64,000 bases of DNA from Vulcanimicrobiota bacterium (GCA_963833095.1 CAWHWQ010000005.1:544001-608000); one strand, 5' to 3'. Positions 38,815 through 48,566 are shown, counted from the stretch's first letter. Made by a program: numbers and translations. Notes: generated from the letters alone by a model not told the origin.

Positions 38815-40913
38815 TGCGTATCGTCCTTCGCACCGTCGCCATCGTCGTCTTGGCCGTGGTACTCGTCGTCGCGCTCTACGCGGGAAACATTTCCGTCGGC
38901 ATGCATTCGACCGCGACGGTGAACGGCACGATCGCCGGGACCGGCGTCTCGGCGCCCGTACTGATTCTGCGCGACGCCCGCGGCGTGCCGCATATTCGCG
39001 CGGCAAACGACCACGACGCCTTCTTTGCCGAAGGCTACGCCGTAGCCCAGGACCGGCTCTTTCAACTCGATCTCTTGCGCCGCTTCGTCTATGGTGAGCT
39101 TTCCGAAGTCCTCGGCAACGCCGTTGTGGCTTCCGACGAAAAAGCGCGGGTCGTTCCGGTTCGCGCGATCGTCGATGCGCAATGGCAAAAACTCGACATC
39201 CGGGAGCGGGCAACGCTGCAGGCCTTTGCCGACGGCGTCAACGCCGCAATGAAACGCGAGAAGACGCCGGCCGAGTTTCGCATCCTCAACTACGACATGC
39301 GCCCATGGCGCCCGCAAGACTCCCTCGCCGTCTCATTTGCAACCGTGCTCGATCTCACCGACGACTGGAACGATATTGCAGCGCGCATCGGTAACGAGCC
39401 GCCGCTGACCGATCCCTGTTACGATGCACCCGTCACCGAGGGCCTGGCGCACATGGCCGATCCGGCGCATTGCAGCGCGCAGAGCGCGCGCTCGGCGTTG
39501 ATTCGCAGCTTGGCCGATACGCGTCCGCCTATCGGCAGCAACGAATGGGCCGCCGGTGCCGCCCACACGGCGACGCATCGCGCGCTTCTAGCCAACGATC
39601 CGCACCTCCACCTCGCTATTCCGGGCGTGTGGTATTTGGTGGACATGCAGTCGCCGGGATTCCATGTCGCGGGCGCCGCGCTCGTGGGCACGCCGGGCGT
39701 GACCCTCGGCCACAACGACCGCATTGCCTGGGGAGCGACCAACGGCACCGTTACGGCGCTGAGCGTCTTCGAGGCACCACCTTCGCTCGACGCGACGAAA
39801 TGGCAAACGGAGACATTTCACGTGCGCTTCGCTCACGACGTAACCGCGCGCTACTACCGCGGCGCACGCGAATTCGGAGCCACGATCAATGTGCGCGGCG
39901 CGCCGCGCTTTGTACTCGTGCGCTGGAACGCCTATGCGACACCGAGTGCGCCGTTGACCGCATTTAACGGACTCAACCGGGCAAAAACGATTGAGGATGG
40001 GCTCGCCGCGCTGCGCACCTATCCCGGACCGACCCAGAACTTCGAGCTCGCCGACGTGAGCGGTCGCGTGGCCTATCAACTCGCCGGCGCGATTCCGAAC
40101 GATCCGCTCTGGTCGCGCGACGTTCACCCGGCATCCGACCTTGCCAAGCAGTACGCTGCGGTGCCGTTCGAACGGCTGCCCCACGTCGCCGCGTCGCGCG
40201 ACGCAATCGTATGGACTTCGAATAACAAGATGTACGGCGCATCATATCCACTGCGATTGTCGGCCGCATTTACAGCGCCGTGCCGCGCCTACCGCGTCGC
40301 CCAGTTGTTGCGCGCGCGCAAGACGTACGACATCGCCTACTTCGCCTCGATGCAGATGGACACGCTCTCGGTCTGCGAACGCGCGCTTACCGCAAACGTT
40401 CCCGCGCTGATGGCCTGGAGCGGTCGCTTCACTCCCGATTCCGAGGGCGCGACCCAGGCATATCACCTTCGCCTTGCATTGGTTCGGGAATTCGGTTGGA
40501 TGAGCGCGGCGATGATCGACTCGCGCGCAAAGCCCAGTGCCGTCACGGCATTGAGTGCGATCACCGACCCGTCGCCGCAGCCCTGGGGAAGAGCGGGGGC
40601 CGTCCAGGTGAAGCATCCCCTCGCCGCACTGGGCTTTTCGTTCTTAAACGGCACGACGTTTGCCGGGAACGGCGATGCCTATACGGTGCACGTGCAAAAT
40701 TACGGCTTCTCGCAGAGTTTCCGGGCGGTGTGGGACATCGGGAACTGGGATGCGGGCGGCATCACCATCCCCCAAGGCGAGTCAGGGCGGCCCGGCAGCG
40801 GCCACTATACCGACGAGGCGGCTGACTGGGTTGCCGGTCGCCTCCTTGCCTTACCGTACTCGGATTCCGCGGTCGACCGGGCGGCGGTAGATCGCCTTAC
40901 CCTTGCGCCCTAG
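38814..40913 (+). CDS. Penicillin acylase family Ntn-hydrolase
   Basis: RD..GVPHI, AQDRLFQ, GSNEWA, LLANDPH, GESG. Confidence 0.9.
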   Translation: MRIVLRTVAIVVLAVVLVVALYAGNISVGMHSTATVNGTIAGTGVSAPVLILRDARGVPHIRAANDHDAFFAEGYAVAQDRLFQLDLLRRFVYGELSEVLGNAVVASDEKARVVPVRAIVDAQWQKLDIRERATLQAFADGVNAAMKREKTPAEFRILNYDMRPWRPQDSLAVSFATVLDLTDDWNDIAARIGNEPPLTDPCYDAPVTEGLAHMADPAHCSAQSARSALIRSLADTRPPIGSNEWAAGAAHTATHRALLANDPHLHLAIPGVWYLVDMQSPGFHVAGAALVGTPGVTLGHNDRIAWGATNGTVTALSVFEAPPSLDATKWQTETFHVRFAHDVTARYYRGAREFGATINVRGAPRFVLVRWNAYATPSAPLTAFNGLNRAKTIEDGLAALRTYPGPTQNFELADVSGRVAYQLAGAIPNDPLWSRDVHPASDLAKQYAAVPFERLPHVAASRDAIVWTSNNKMYGASYPLRLSAAFTAPCRAYRVAQLLRARKTYDIAYFASMQMDTLSVCERALTANVPALMAWSGRFTPDSEGATQAYHLRLALVREFGWMSAAMIDSRAKPSAVTALSAITDPSPQPWGRAGAVQVKHPLAALGFSFLNGTTFAGNGDAYTVHVQNYGFSQSFRAVWDIGNWDAGGITIPQGESGRPGSGHYTDEAADWVAGRLLALPYSDSAVDRAAVDRLTLAP

Positions 40914-40926
40914 GCGGCGAATGCCG

Positions 40927-40955
40927 TTGACACTGGGCGCGGCCCCTGGTACTGT
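40927..40955 (+). promoter_or_regulatory. Promoter of rplU operon
   Basis: TTGACA-N17-TACTGT with extended TG, 9 nt before ATG. Confidence 0.7.
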
Positions 40956-40964
40956 AACTCGGTT

Positions 40965-41276
40965 ATGTACGCGATCATCCAGACCGGCGGCAAGCAAGTG
41001 CGCGTCGCGGAAGGCGATATCATTCGCACCGACCTCATCAACCTTGAGGCCGGAGCCGACGTCACGTTCGACCAGGTCGTGCTCGCGAGCACCGGCAGCG
41101 ATGTGACGGTCGGGGCGCCGACCGTTTCGGGCGCGACCGTGACCGGCACCGTCGTGCGCCAGGCGAAGGACAAGAAGATCCTGGTCTTTCGCTATAAACC
41201 GAAAAAGCGTGTCCGCAAGCTCAACGGGCACCGCCAGCGCTTCGCTGAAGTCAAAATTACCAAGATCACGCTTTAA
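40965..41276 (+). CDS. rplU: 50S ribosomal protein L21
   Basis: MYAIIQTGGKQ, KPKK..R..GHRQ. Confidence 0.98.
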   Translation: MYAIIQTGGKQVRVAEGDIIRTDLINLEAGADVTFDQVVLASTGSDVTVGAPTVSGATVTGTVVRQAKDKKILVFRYKPKKRVRKLNGHRQRFAEVKITKITL

Positions 41277-41284
41277 CCAAAGCC

Positions 41285-41626
41285 ATGGTGGAAGTGACCT
41301 TTTACCGGGATGGCCGCGAGCGGCTGTCCCGGTTTTTTGCGTCCGGGCACGTCGAAATCCCCGAGAGCAGCTCGGATGAATACTCGCTGGTCTGCGCGGC
41401 TATCTCGGCGATCCTTCAAGCCGCACGCGCGGGCCTCGAGGAATACGCCAAGATCGATACGGGCGCGCGCACGAAGTCGGGGCACCTCGACGTGACCATT
41501 CCCGAATCCGGTCGCAATGATCCAGCAGTCGTAGCCATCCTCGCTACCGCAGAAATCGCGGTCGAGCAGATCGCCCGCCAATATCCGCAGCACGTGCATG
41601 TAACTCGAACGGCGCAAACCGGGTAA
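41285..41626 (+). CDS. prp: Ribosomal-processing cysteine protease Prp (YsxB-like)
   Basis: SGH...LVCAAIS, QYP motif; downstream of rplU. Confidence 0.82.
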   Translation: MVEVTFYRDGRERLSRFFASGHVEIPESSSDEYSLVCAAISAILQAARAGLEEYAKIDTGARTKSGHLDVTIPESGRNDPAVVAILATAEIAVEQIARQYPQHVHVTRTAQTG

Positions 41627-41653
41627 GATAGGGAACGTACCGAAGGAGATTCT

Positions 41654-41935
41654 ATGTCTGAAACGTTTCGCACCACGCCACCCGATCAGCAATGGTCCGG
41701 GGCCAACTCCGCCGGCAACGGCTATCAAGGCGCCTTCGGCGGCGAACCCAACGCGGAAAACGACAATGAGGTGGGCAAAGCCCTACTCATCGGCCTTCTC
41801 GGCGGCCTCGCCTCGGCGGCCGGCTACATGGTGTATCGCCGGCTTCCCGACGAGCAAAAAGAGCGGCTGCATGCGCAAGTGCGAACGCTGGTCGCGCAGC
41901 GTATTACCGACCTGCGCCAAAACTTCAATATTTAG
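41654..41935 (+). CDS. Small single-TM hypothetical protein
   Basis: SD aaggag; central hydrophobic helix. Confidence 0.7.
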   Translation: MSETFRTTPPDQQWSGANSAGNGYQGAFGGEPNAENDNEVGKALLIGLLGGLASAAGYMVYRRLPDEQKERLHAQVRTLVAQRITDLRQNFNI

Positions 41936-41987
41936 ACGTCACTAGCGCGAAGTCGCAATCCAAACTGCTGCGGGCACTAACCAGTGC

Positions 41988-42515
41988 ATGCGGCAGTTTG
42001 CGTTTATGGTCGCAATGTACGCGCACGCATTGCAGCTCTTCAATCCCTCGCTTACCACCGATCGCGCGGTGCTGCTCGCGCGCACCACGATCCGCGAAGC
42101 TGATGCGCAAGGGCTCGATGCGCGCCTTCTCGTCGCACTGATCGCGACTGAATCGTCTTGGCGCGATGATGCAATTTCGAACGCTGGGGCACGCGGCCTC
42201 GGACAGTTCATGCCCGGAACCGCCGCGGGACTCGGCGTCGATCCCGACGACCCGCTCGAAAACATCCATGGCGTGGCGGTACATCTGCGCGGATTGCTCG
42301 CGCGCTATGCGCGACTGGGCCGCGACGACGACTTCATCGACGCGCTGGCGGCCTATAACGCGGGGGCCGGGGCGGTCGACCGGTATGGCGGCGTGCCACC
42401 GTATCCGCAAACGCGCGCCTACGTGCGCACGGTCATTGGGCTTTGGCGTCGTCTTGCGGGGGATGGATCTCCGCAGGCGCGGGCGGCATCGGCGGCGGCA
42501 TCTTCGTATCGCTGA
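41988..42515 (+). CDS. Lytic transglycosylase (SLT domain)
   Basis: ATESSW, GARGLGQFMPGTA, AAYNAG, QTRAYV. Confidence 0.85.
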   Translation: MRQFAFMVAMYAHALQLFNPSLTTDRAVLLARTTIREADAQGLDARLLVALIATESSWRDDAISNAGARGLGQFMPGTAAGLGVDPDDPLENIHGVAVHLRGLLARYARLGRDDDFIDALAAYNAGAGAVDRYGGVPPYPQTRAYVRTVIGLWRRLAGDGSPQARAASAAASSYR

Positions 42516-42675
42516 CGTCGGCGGCACGCTCCATCTCGGCGATGAACGAGTGCGACGTGTTCTGAACCTCGCGCACGACGCGCCCGGCTTGGCGCATGAT
42601 TTTGGGCAACTGGTCGGGTCCAAAGAGCAGCAGCGCCAGGACTGAAACCACCATGATGTCAGGCACAGAAAACAT
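42433..42675 (-). CDS. Twin-arginine translocase TatA/TatB-family subunit
   Basis: TM then LLLFGPDQLP amphipathic helix. Confidence 0.8.
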   Translation of the reverse strand: MFSVPDIMVVSVLALLLFGPDQLPKIMRQAGRVVREVQNTSHSFIAEMERAADVSDTKMPPPMPPAPAEIHPPQDDAKAQ

Positions 42676-42807
42676 TAGATCCAATCGTTTCGCCTGAGGT
42701 GCTTCCGCTCCGCTAGCGAGGGCGGCGTGGCCCTACGCAGCGAGCATAAACAAGAAAAGCGAGCGTAGTAGGGCCACCCGACCGAACTCGCGGGAGGAAC
42801 ACCTCCC

Positions 42808-43305
42808 ATGCCTGTGCAAGCAGGCACGTCCGCCGTGAAGATTATCTACACGCGAGGCAACCGCACCGAAACGCTGGCCTCGCTGGCGACCTTACGCAAG
42901 ATCTTGAGCCGCTTCGTCGCCCACCGAGTCTTCTACGAAGTCTCGAGTCGCAGCAAGCGCGGCCATGAATTTTTTTCCGCCAAAAACGTCTTCGTCGTCG
43001 GCTCGATCGAGGTGACCAACTACGAGCATCTCAAGATCTTGATTTTTGACGCGAACAATGCGGCGCACTCGATCGAAATTCTCAATCCGCAGATGATGCG
43101 CATCTACGATGAAATGCCGGGACGCGGATTTGCCGTTTCATTCATCAGCGAAAGCGAGAACGGCGTCGAAACGCGTTGTTACATTCGCGACGAGGGCGAA
43201 GACGCCGACCGCATCAAGGAAATGACCGCGCTCGAGAAGATTACGCTTCCCCAACTCTTCGAATATCTCGAAGAACTCACCGCCGTCGAAGCGGCAAAAA
43301 ACTAA
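42808..43305 (+). CDS. Hypothetical protein
   Basis: SD ggagg; normal-looking 165-aa ORF. Confidence 0.7.
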   Translation: MPVQAGTSAVKIIYTRGNRTETLASLATLRKILSRFVAHRVFYEVSSRSKRGHEFFSAKNVFVVGSIEVTNYEHLKILIFDANNAAHSIEILNPQMMRIYDEMPGRGFAVSFISESENGVETRCYIRDEGEDADRIKEMTALEKITLPQLFEYLEELTAVEAAKN

Positions 43306-43811
43306 AGCTTCAGTATTACTTCGGTGACGTCGCCCGGGGATATACCCATCGACGCAAGGACACCGGGCGAGCGAATCGCGTCCGCGGCAATGCCGAAAGC
43401 GATGTGTTTGGGGAGAAACTTCTCACCGTCGCCCACCCGCTTGGCCGCCTCGTTCCAGACCGTGTGCGCTTCACGGCTGAGCCAGACGCTCTTGCTGCCG
43501 TCGGGCACTTTGAAAGCCAGAGTGTTAAAGCGCAACAGCGCCGCGCGCTCGCCGGCTTGCAGATTTGGCTCGGGAACGCGTGAGGCGGTGAGACGCACGC
43601 CGGCGTCCTCGGGCAATTCGTAGTTCTCCAGCTTTTCGCGCGGCAGCACTTCCTCGAGTGCCGGACCTAAGGTCGGCTCTTCCAATAACGCGATGAGCAG
43701 CGTGCGAGCCGTGATGAACGGCTCGCGCAGTTCACCGGCAAGTCGCGCGGCGTTCCGCATATATGCCAGGATCTCGTCTGAGAGGAAGATCTGCTCGACT
43801 CCGTCGGTCAT
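43302..43811 (-). CDS. Clp N-terminal repeat-like protein
   Basis: A.RLA.EL.EPFIT.RTLLIALL and KFLPKHIAFG repeats. Confidence 0.6.
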   Translation of the reverse strand: MTDGVEQIFLSDEILAYMRNAARLAGELREPFITARTLLIALLEEPTLGPALEEVLPREKLENYELPEDAGVRLTASRVPEPNLQAGERAALLRFNTLAFKVPDGSKSVWLSREAHTVWNEAAKRVGDGEKFLPKHIAFGIAADAIRSPGVLASMGISPGDVTEVILKL

Positions 43812-43874
43812 ACCTGCGCTCCCTTGGCGTCCAGCGGGGCCTCCCCTGCGGCCCCAAGAACTCCTAGCGGCCCC

Positions 43875-44579
43875 ATGCTCACCATAGACGTCGTCACACT
43901 CTTCCCGGAGGTCTTCGCTCCGTTTGTCGGCCTTTCGATTCTCGGCCGCGCGGTCGAAGCGGGAACGATCGCGATCCGCTATCATCATTTGCTCGACGCG
44001 CTACAAGGGAACGAACGTGCCGACGACGTTCCTTACGGCGGCGGCGCCGGCATGGTGCTGCGCATCGAGCCGGTCGCGCGCGTGCTCGATACAATCGTCA
44101 CCGCGGCACCCCCGGGCGAGCGGCGAACGATCGCGGTGCCGGCACCGGGTGGCCACGCCTTCACCCACGCGCAAGCGCAGCGTCTCGCGCAGCTCGATCG
44201 GCTCATCCTGATCTGCGGTCACTACGAGGGGATCGACGAGCGTCTGGCCGAGCTCTATCCGATCGAGGAATTCACGGTGGGCGATTTCGTTCTCACCGGC
44301 GGGGAGTTGGCGGCGCTCGCGATTCTGGACGCTACGGCCCGCTTGGTACCCGGCGTGATCGACCCCGATTCGGCTGCGCAGGAGTCCTTTGCCAATGGTC
44401 TGCTCGACCATCCCAGCTACACCCGGCCCGCGACCTTCCGGGGGGTCGATGTGCCGCCGGTGCTTCTTTCCGGCGACCACGCAAAGATCGCAGCCTGGCG
44501 CCGCGAGCAGTCGCGGGCGCGGACTATAGCCCGGCGAGCAGATCTGCTCGCCGATGGGGGCGCGGAGCCGGAGGCGTAG
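43875..44579 (+). CDS. trmD: tRNA (guanine-N1)-methyltransferase
   Basis: TLFPE, PYGGGAGM, CGHYEGIDER, GDFVLTGGE, YTRP. Confidence 0.96.
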   Translation: MLTIDVVTLFPEVFAPFVGLSILGRAVEAGTIAIRYHHLLDALQGNERADDVPYGGGAGMVLRIEPVARVLDTIVTAAPPGERRTIAVPAPGGHAFTHAQAQRLAQLDRLILICGHYEGIDERLAELYPIEEFTVGDFVLTGGELAALAILDATARLVPGVIDPDSAAQESFANGLLDHPSYTRPATFRGVDVPPVLLSGDHAKIAAWRREQSRARTIARRADLLADGGAEPEA

Positions 44580-44724
44580 CGCCTTTCGAACGAATGGGGT
44601 CCGAAAGCCGCTTGCGGCTTGGGGAATAGGACTTGCTCGAAGGCGGGGGCCCGTGATACTATCCCGAGGTTGTCGCGGGGCCACCCTGCGCCTCTTCGCA
44701 TCTGCCGTATAGAGAAGTTGTGCC

Positions 44725-45075
44725 ATGAACGTCATCGACGTATTGAATAGCGAGCAGCTCAAGGAATCGGTCCCCGAATTTCGTTCGGGCGACACGGTTA
44801 AGGTCTATTCCAAGGTCGTCGAAGGCGGCAAAGAGCGCACGCAGATGTTCGAGGGCGTGGTTACGGTGTGCAAAGGCGGCGGTTCGCATGCGTCCGTGAC
44901 GGTCCGCCGCGTCGCCCACGGCGTCGGCGTCGAGAAGACGTTCCTCGTGCACAGCCCGCGCGTGGAGAAAATCGAAATCAGCAAACGCGGTATCGTGCGC
45001 CGCAGCCGCCTCTACTACCTCAGTGAAAAAATTGGTAAGGCTGCGCGCATTAAAGAGAAGAAGGCGGTCAAGTAA
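44725..45075 (+). CDS. rplS: 50S ribosomal protein L19
   Basis: FRSGDTV, EGGKERTQ.FEG, GVGVE.TF, RR..LYYL. Confidence 0.98.
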   Translation: MNVIDVLNSEQLKESVPEFRSGDTVKVYSKVVEGGKERTQMFEGVVTVCKGGGSHASVTVRRVAHGVGVEKTFLVHSPRVEKIEISKRGIVRRSRLYYLSEKIGKAARIKEKKAVK

Positions 45076-45078
45076 GCG

Positions 45079-45765
45079 ATCTCGACGCCGCTCGCGCTGT
45101 TGGGATTGGTTGCCGTTTTCGCGATCGCCCGCTTGGCGATCAGCAGCAAGGCATTCACGGCCGGCGACGGAGAGTCGTCGGCCGTTGCTGCGCTGCGAGG
45201 CTATCTCGACGCGATCATCGTTGCGGGCCTCGTCGCGCTGCTACTGTTCGTCTTTGTCATCCGCACGTTTTACATCTCATCGATTTCGATGATTCCGACG
45301 CTGCAAGTCGGCGACGTCTTCTTGATCGACCAAGTGAGCTATCGGCTCCATCCGCCGCAAGACGGCGAGATCGCCGTGTTCGCCCCGCCGGTTCCGGGGC
45401 AAAGCGACGAGTTCATCAAGCGGGTCATCGGCGTCCCCGGCGACACCATTCGGATTTCGGGCGGTATCGTCTACCGCAATGGCAGACCGCTGTCCGAACC
45501 ATATGAAAACCAGCCGCCCAACTACGATCTCGAAGTCCGTAACTACACGATCTACGTCGATGGTTCGGCGCTCGATCCGGCGCAGGCCGACATTCCTCCA
45601 CGGGGAATGTGGCAGGCACCCGACCGCGTTCCCCGCGGATTCTATTTCATGCTCGGCGATAACCGGAATTACTCCGACGATTCGCACGTATGGGGATTCG
45701 CAAAGCAGGCGTCGTTCAGCGGACGCGCCTTTATGATTCTCTGGCCTCACGTGAAAGAACTATGA
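45079..45765 (+). CDS. lepB: Signal peptidase I (copy 1)
   Basis: SISMIPTL, FIKRVIG, GDNRNYSDDS; start uncertain (ATC 45079 or TTG 45100). Confidence 0.88.
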   Translation: MSTPLALLGLVAVFAIARLAISSKAFTAGDGESSAVAALRGYLDAIIVAGLVALLLFVFVIRTFYISSISMIPTLQVGDVFLIDQVSYRLHPPQDGEIAVFAPPVPGQSDEFIKRVIGVPGDTIRISGGIVYRNGRPLSEPYENQPPNYDLEVRNYTIYVDGSALDPAQADIPPRGMWQAPDRVPRGFYFMLGDNRNYSDDSHVWGFAKQASFSGRAFMILWPHVKEL

Positions 45766-46499
45766 CACCATACGATCTCCTCGCCTTGGTCGCGATCATT
45801 CTGGTCTCGCGCATCGTCCTTTCGATTCGCCCGGTGACCGCGGCGTCGAACGGGCGCAGCGTCGCAATCGCTCGCGAGTATCTCGATCCGTTCATCTACG
45901 CGGGTATCGCGGCATGGCTGTTGATCACGTTCGTCGCGCGAACATACTACATTCCGTCGGCCTCGATGGTTCCAACGCTCGAAGTACACGACGTGCTGCT
46001 GGTCGACAAGTTTGAGTATCGTTTTCATGCTCCGCACGAGGGAGACGTCGTGGTCTTCCCGCCACCGATTCCGACGCCGGATGATTTCATCAAACGCATC
46101 ATCGGACTCCCCGGCGAGCGGCTGCGCATCACCAAAGGCGTCGTCTACATCAATGACGTCGCGCTGGCAGAGAATTACATTGCTCAGAGGCCGAGCTACG
46201 ATCTAAAGATTGCGAATTACGGAATTTCGATCAACGACGGCTTTGGTTGGCGAGCGCTCGATCCGTCGGAGGCCAACATCCCGCCCAAGGCGCAGTGGAC
46301 CTCGCCCGATACGATTCCGCCGAATTGCTACCTGATGCTAGGCGACAATCGCAACGACTCCGAGGATTCGCACGTCTGGGGCTTCGCGCAAGGCGGCGGG
46401 ACGTTTGCAAGCGGTCCGCGTACCGGCGAGCGCGCCGGCTTCACCGGCCGCGCGTTCCTGATCTTCTGGCCGCTCAATCAGATGAAAATCTTGAAATAA
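45762..46499 (+). CDS. lepB: Signal peptidase I (copy 2)
   Basis: SASMVPTL, FIKRIIG, GDNRNDSEDS. Confidence 0.92.
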   Translation: MTPYDLLALVAIILVSRIVLSIRPVTAASNGRSVAIAREYLDPFIYAGIAAWLLITFVARTYYIPSASMVPTLEVHDVLLVDKFEYRFHAPHEGDVVVFPPPIPTPDDFIKRIIGLPGERLRITKGVVYINDVALAENYIAQRPSYDLKIANYGISINDGFGWRALDPSEANIPPKAQWTSPDTIPPNCYLMLGDNRNDSEDSHVWGFAQGGGTFASGPRTGERAGFTGRAFLIFWPLNQMKILK

Positions 46500-46517
46500 T
46501 CGCGAATACGCGCAGAC

Positions 46518-47027
46518 GTGGTCCGGTTTGTGCAATTGCGCTCGTTCGCGAGCCTCGTGCTGCAACTTGCGATCCTCGGCGCGTTGATCGCCGCATTTTT
46601 CGTCCGCTTTCCCGAGGTGTCGGGCCCATCGATGGCGCCGCAGATCAGTTCGGGTGAACTCGTGATCATCAACACGCTAGCCTATCGGGTTGGTGCGCCG
46701 CATCGCGGCGATATCGTCGCGTTCCGCCACGACGGCATTACACCGGCGACGTATATCAAGCGCGTTATAGGGCTGCCGGGCGAACGCATCCGCATCGATC
46801 GCGGCGCCGTCTACGTCAACGGCGCGCGGCTCGCGGAGCCATACGTGCAGTTCGGCGACGACCGCAGCGCGCCGGAGATCACCGTGCCCCCCGACAGCGT
46901 CTACGTGCTCGGCGACAATCGCGCGGTGAGCGAAGACTCGCGGGTCTTTGGGCCCGTGCCCAAAGGCGAACTAATGGGGCAAGCCCTCGCAGGCGTTTGG
47001 CCGCTCGGATCGATCGGCGCGCTATGA
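46518..47027 (+). CDS. lepB: Signal peptidase I (copy 3, short)
   Basis: GPSMAP, YIKRVIG, GDNRAVSEDSR. Confidence 0.9.
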   Translation: MVRFVQLRSFASLVLQLAILGALIAAFFVRFPEVSGPSMAPQISSGELVIINTLAYRVGAPHRGDIVAFRHDGITPATYIKRVIGLPGERIRIDRGAVYVNGARLAEPYVQFGDDRSAPEITVPPDSVYVLGDNRAVSEDSRVFGPVPKGELMGQALAGVWPLGSIGAL

Positions 47028-47842
47028 AAGATCGCCTCGACAACGTCGTGCAGTGGTATCCGGGCCACATGGTCCGAGCGATGCGCCGAATCGCCGAGTA
47101 CCTCAAGCTCATCGACATCGTCATCGAAGTCATCGATGCTCGCGCCGTGCGTAGCGATGCTAATCCAATGCTCGACCGGCTCATCGGCGACCGTGCGCGC
47201 ATCGTCGCGCTCAGCCGTGACGATCTCGCGGATTCCGCGACGACCAAAGCGTGGATCGAGCAGCTGGCCGCGCGCGGACGCGAGGCGATGGCGGTCGAGG
47301 CCCGCGCGCAACAGAGTGTGTCCCGCATCCTCGCCGCGCTCACTGCGAAAGCCAAAGAGCGCAGCGGCATCTCGCGCGTAATCGTCGTCGGCGTGCCAAA
47401 TTCGGGAAAATCGTCCATTATCAACGGCTTGCTCAAGCGCGGTGCGGCAAAGACGGAGGATCGCGCCGGCGTGACGCGCCAGCTGCAGTGGTTTCGGCTC
47501 GCACCGACCATCGAATTGATGGATACGCCGGGCATCCTAGTTCCCAAGATAGAGGGCGCGCAGGCGCAGTGGAAGCTTGCCTTGATCGGCGCCGTACCGC
47601 GTGAGCGCTACGATCCGTACGAAGTCTCCATTGAATTTCACCGCTGGCTCGTCGAGCATCGGGCTGGACGCACCGAGGTTCCCGATCTCGCAACCTTCGC
47701 CGCAGCACGCGGATTCGTACGCCGCGGCGGCGAGATCGACGAACATAACGCCGCGCAAGCCTACATCAAGGCCTTTAATGACGGAGTTTTTGGCCGCATC
47801 AGTCTCGAAGCTCCCGGCGACGGTGACGAACAAGCAGCGTAA
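47024..47842 (+). CDS. ylqF: Ribosome biogenesis GTPase YlqF/RbgA
   Basis: QWYPGHM, GVPNSGKSS, GVTR, DTPG. Confidence 0.93.
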   Translation: MKDRLDNVVQWYPGHMVRAMRRIAEYLKLIDIVIEVIDARAVRSDANPMLDRLIGDRARIVALSRDDLADSATTKAWIEQLAARGREAMAVEARAQQSVSRILAALTAKAKERSGISRVIVVGVPNSGKSSIINGLLKRGAAKTEDRAGVTRQLQWFRLAPTIELMDTPGILVPKIEGAQAQWKLALIGAVPRERYDPYEVSIEFHRWLVEHRAGRTEVPDLATFAAARGFVRRGGEIDEHNAAQAYIKAFNDGVFGRISLEAPGDGDEQAA

Positions 47843-48566
47843 GCAAAAGAACGCCTACGAGCGCGAACGGCGGCGGCTCGTGCGGCTGCATCGCTTCGAA
47901 CGAGCGGCGCGCGAGCGCGGGTTTCAATTGATCGGCGGTGTCGACGAAGTCGGGCGCGGTCCGCTTGCAGGTCCGGTCGTTGCCGCTTGCGTCGTTGCGA
48001 GCGAACCCCTGATGTTGCGCGGACTCAACGATTCCAAAGTTGTGCCAGCGCCGCGAAGGCGCGAGCTCGCTCAAGAAATTATGGCCTGCGTCGCTGGATA
48101 TGGTATCGGCGTCGCGAGCGTAGCGGAGATCGACCGTCTCAACATCTATTGGGCAAGCGTGCTGGCGATGGAACGCGCGATCGCGGCGCTGGCGTGCGGG
48201 CCGCCGCAGTTTCTGTACACCGACGCGGTCCGCATCCGATCGTATCCGGGGCCGCAGGAGCCGCTGATCAAGGGCGATGCCCTATGCGCGGTCGTCTCGG
48301 CCGCATCGATCGTGGCTAAAGTCCATCGTGACACCCTGCTCGAGGAACTTCACGGCGAGGACCCGCGCTACGGGTTTGCCGAGCACAAGGGTTATGCCAC
48401 GCCCGCCCACCTCGCGGCGTTGCGACTCCACGGGCCCTGCGTCCATCACCGGGCGGCCTTCGCCCGAGTCAAAGAGGCCCAACTCGAACTCTTGTTCGGC
48501 AACGACCCCGACGCAGTGGAGGACAGTGACAACTTCCAACTCGAGTGGGAAGGGGCGGTCGGGTGA
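47823..48566 (+). CDS. rnhB: Ribonuclease HII
   Basis: GVDEVGRGPLAGPV, DSK, KGD, AASI.AK, HKGY.T. Confidence 0.95.
   Translation: MTNKQRKQKNAYERERRRLVRLHRFERAARERGFQLIGGVDEVGRGPLAGPVVAACVVASEPLMLRGLNDSKVVPAPRRRELAQEIMACVAGYGIGVASVAEIDRLNIYWASVLAMERAIAALACGPPQFLYTDAVRIRSYPGPQEPLIKGDALCAVVSAASIVAKVHRDTLLEELHGEDPRYGFAEHKGYATPAHLAALRLHGPCVHHRAAFARVKEAQLELLFGNDPDAVEDSDNFQLEWEGAVG

Noticed and set aside
44660..44724. L19 leader RNA
   Set aside because: A small hairpin exists but cannot be matched to a known family by eye
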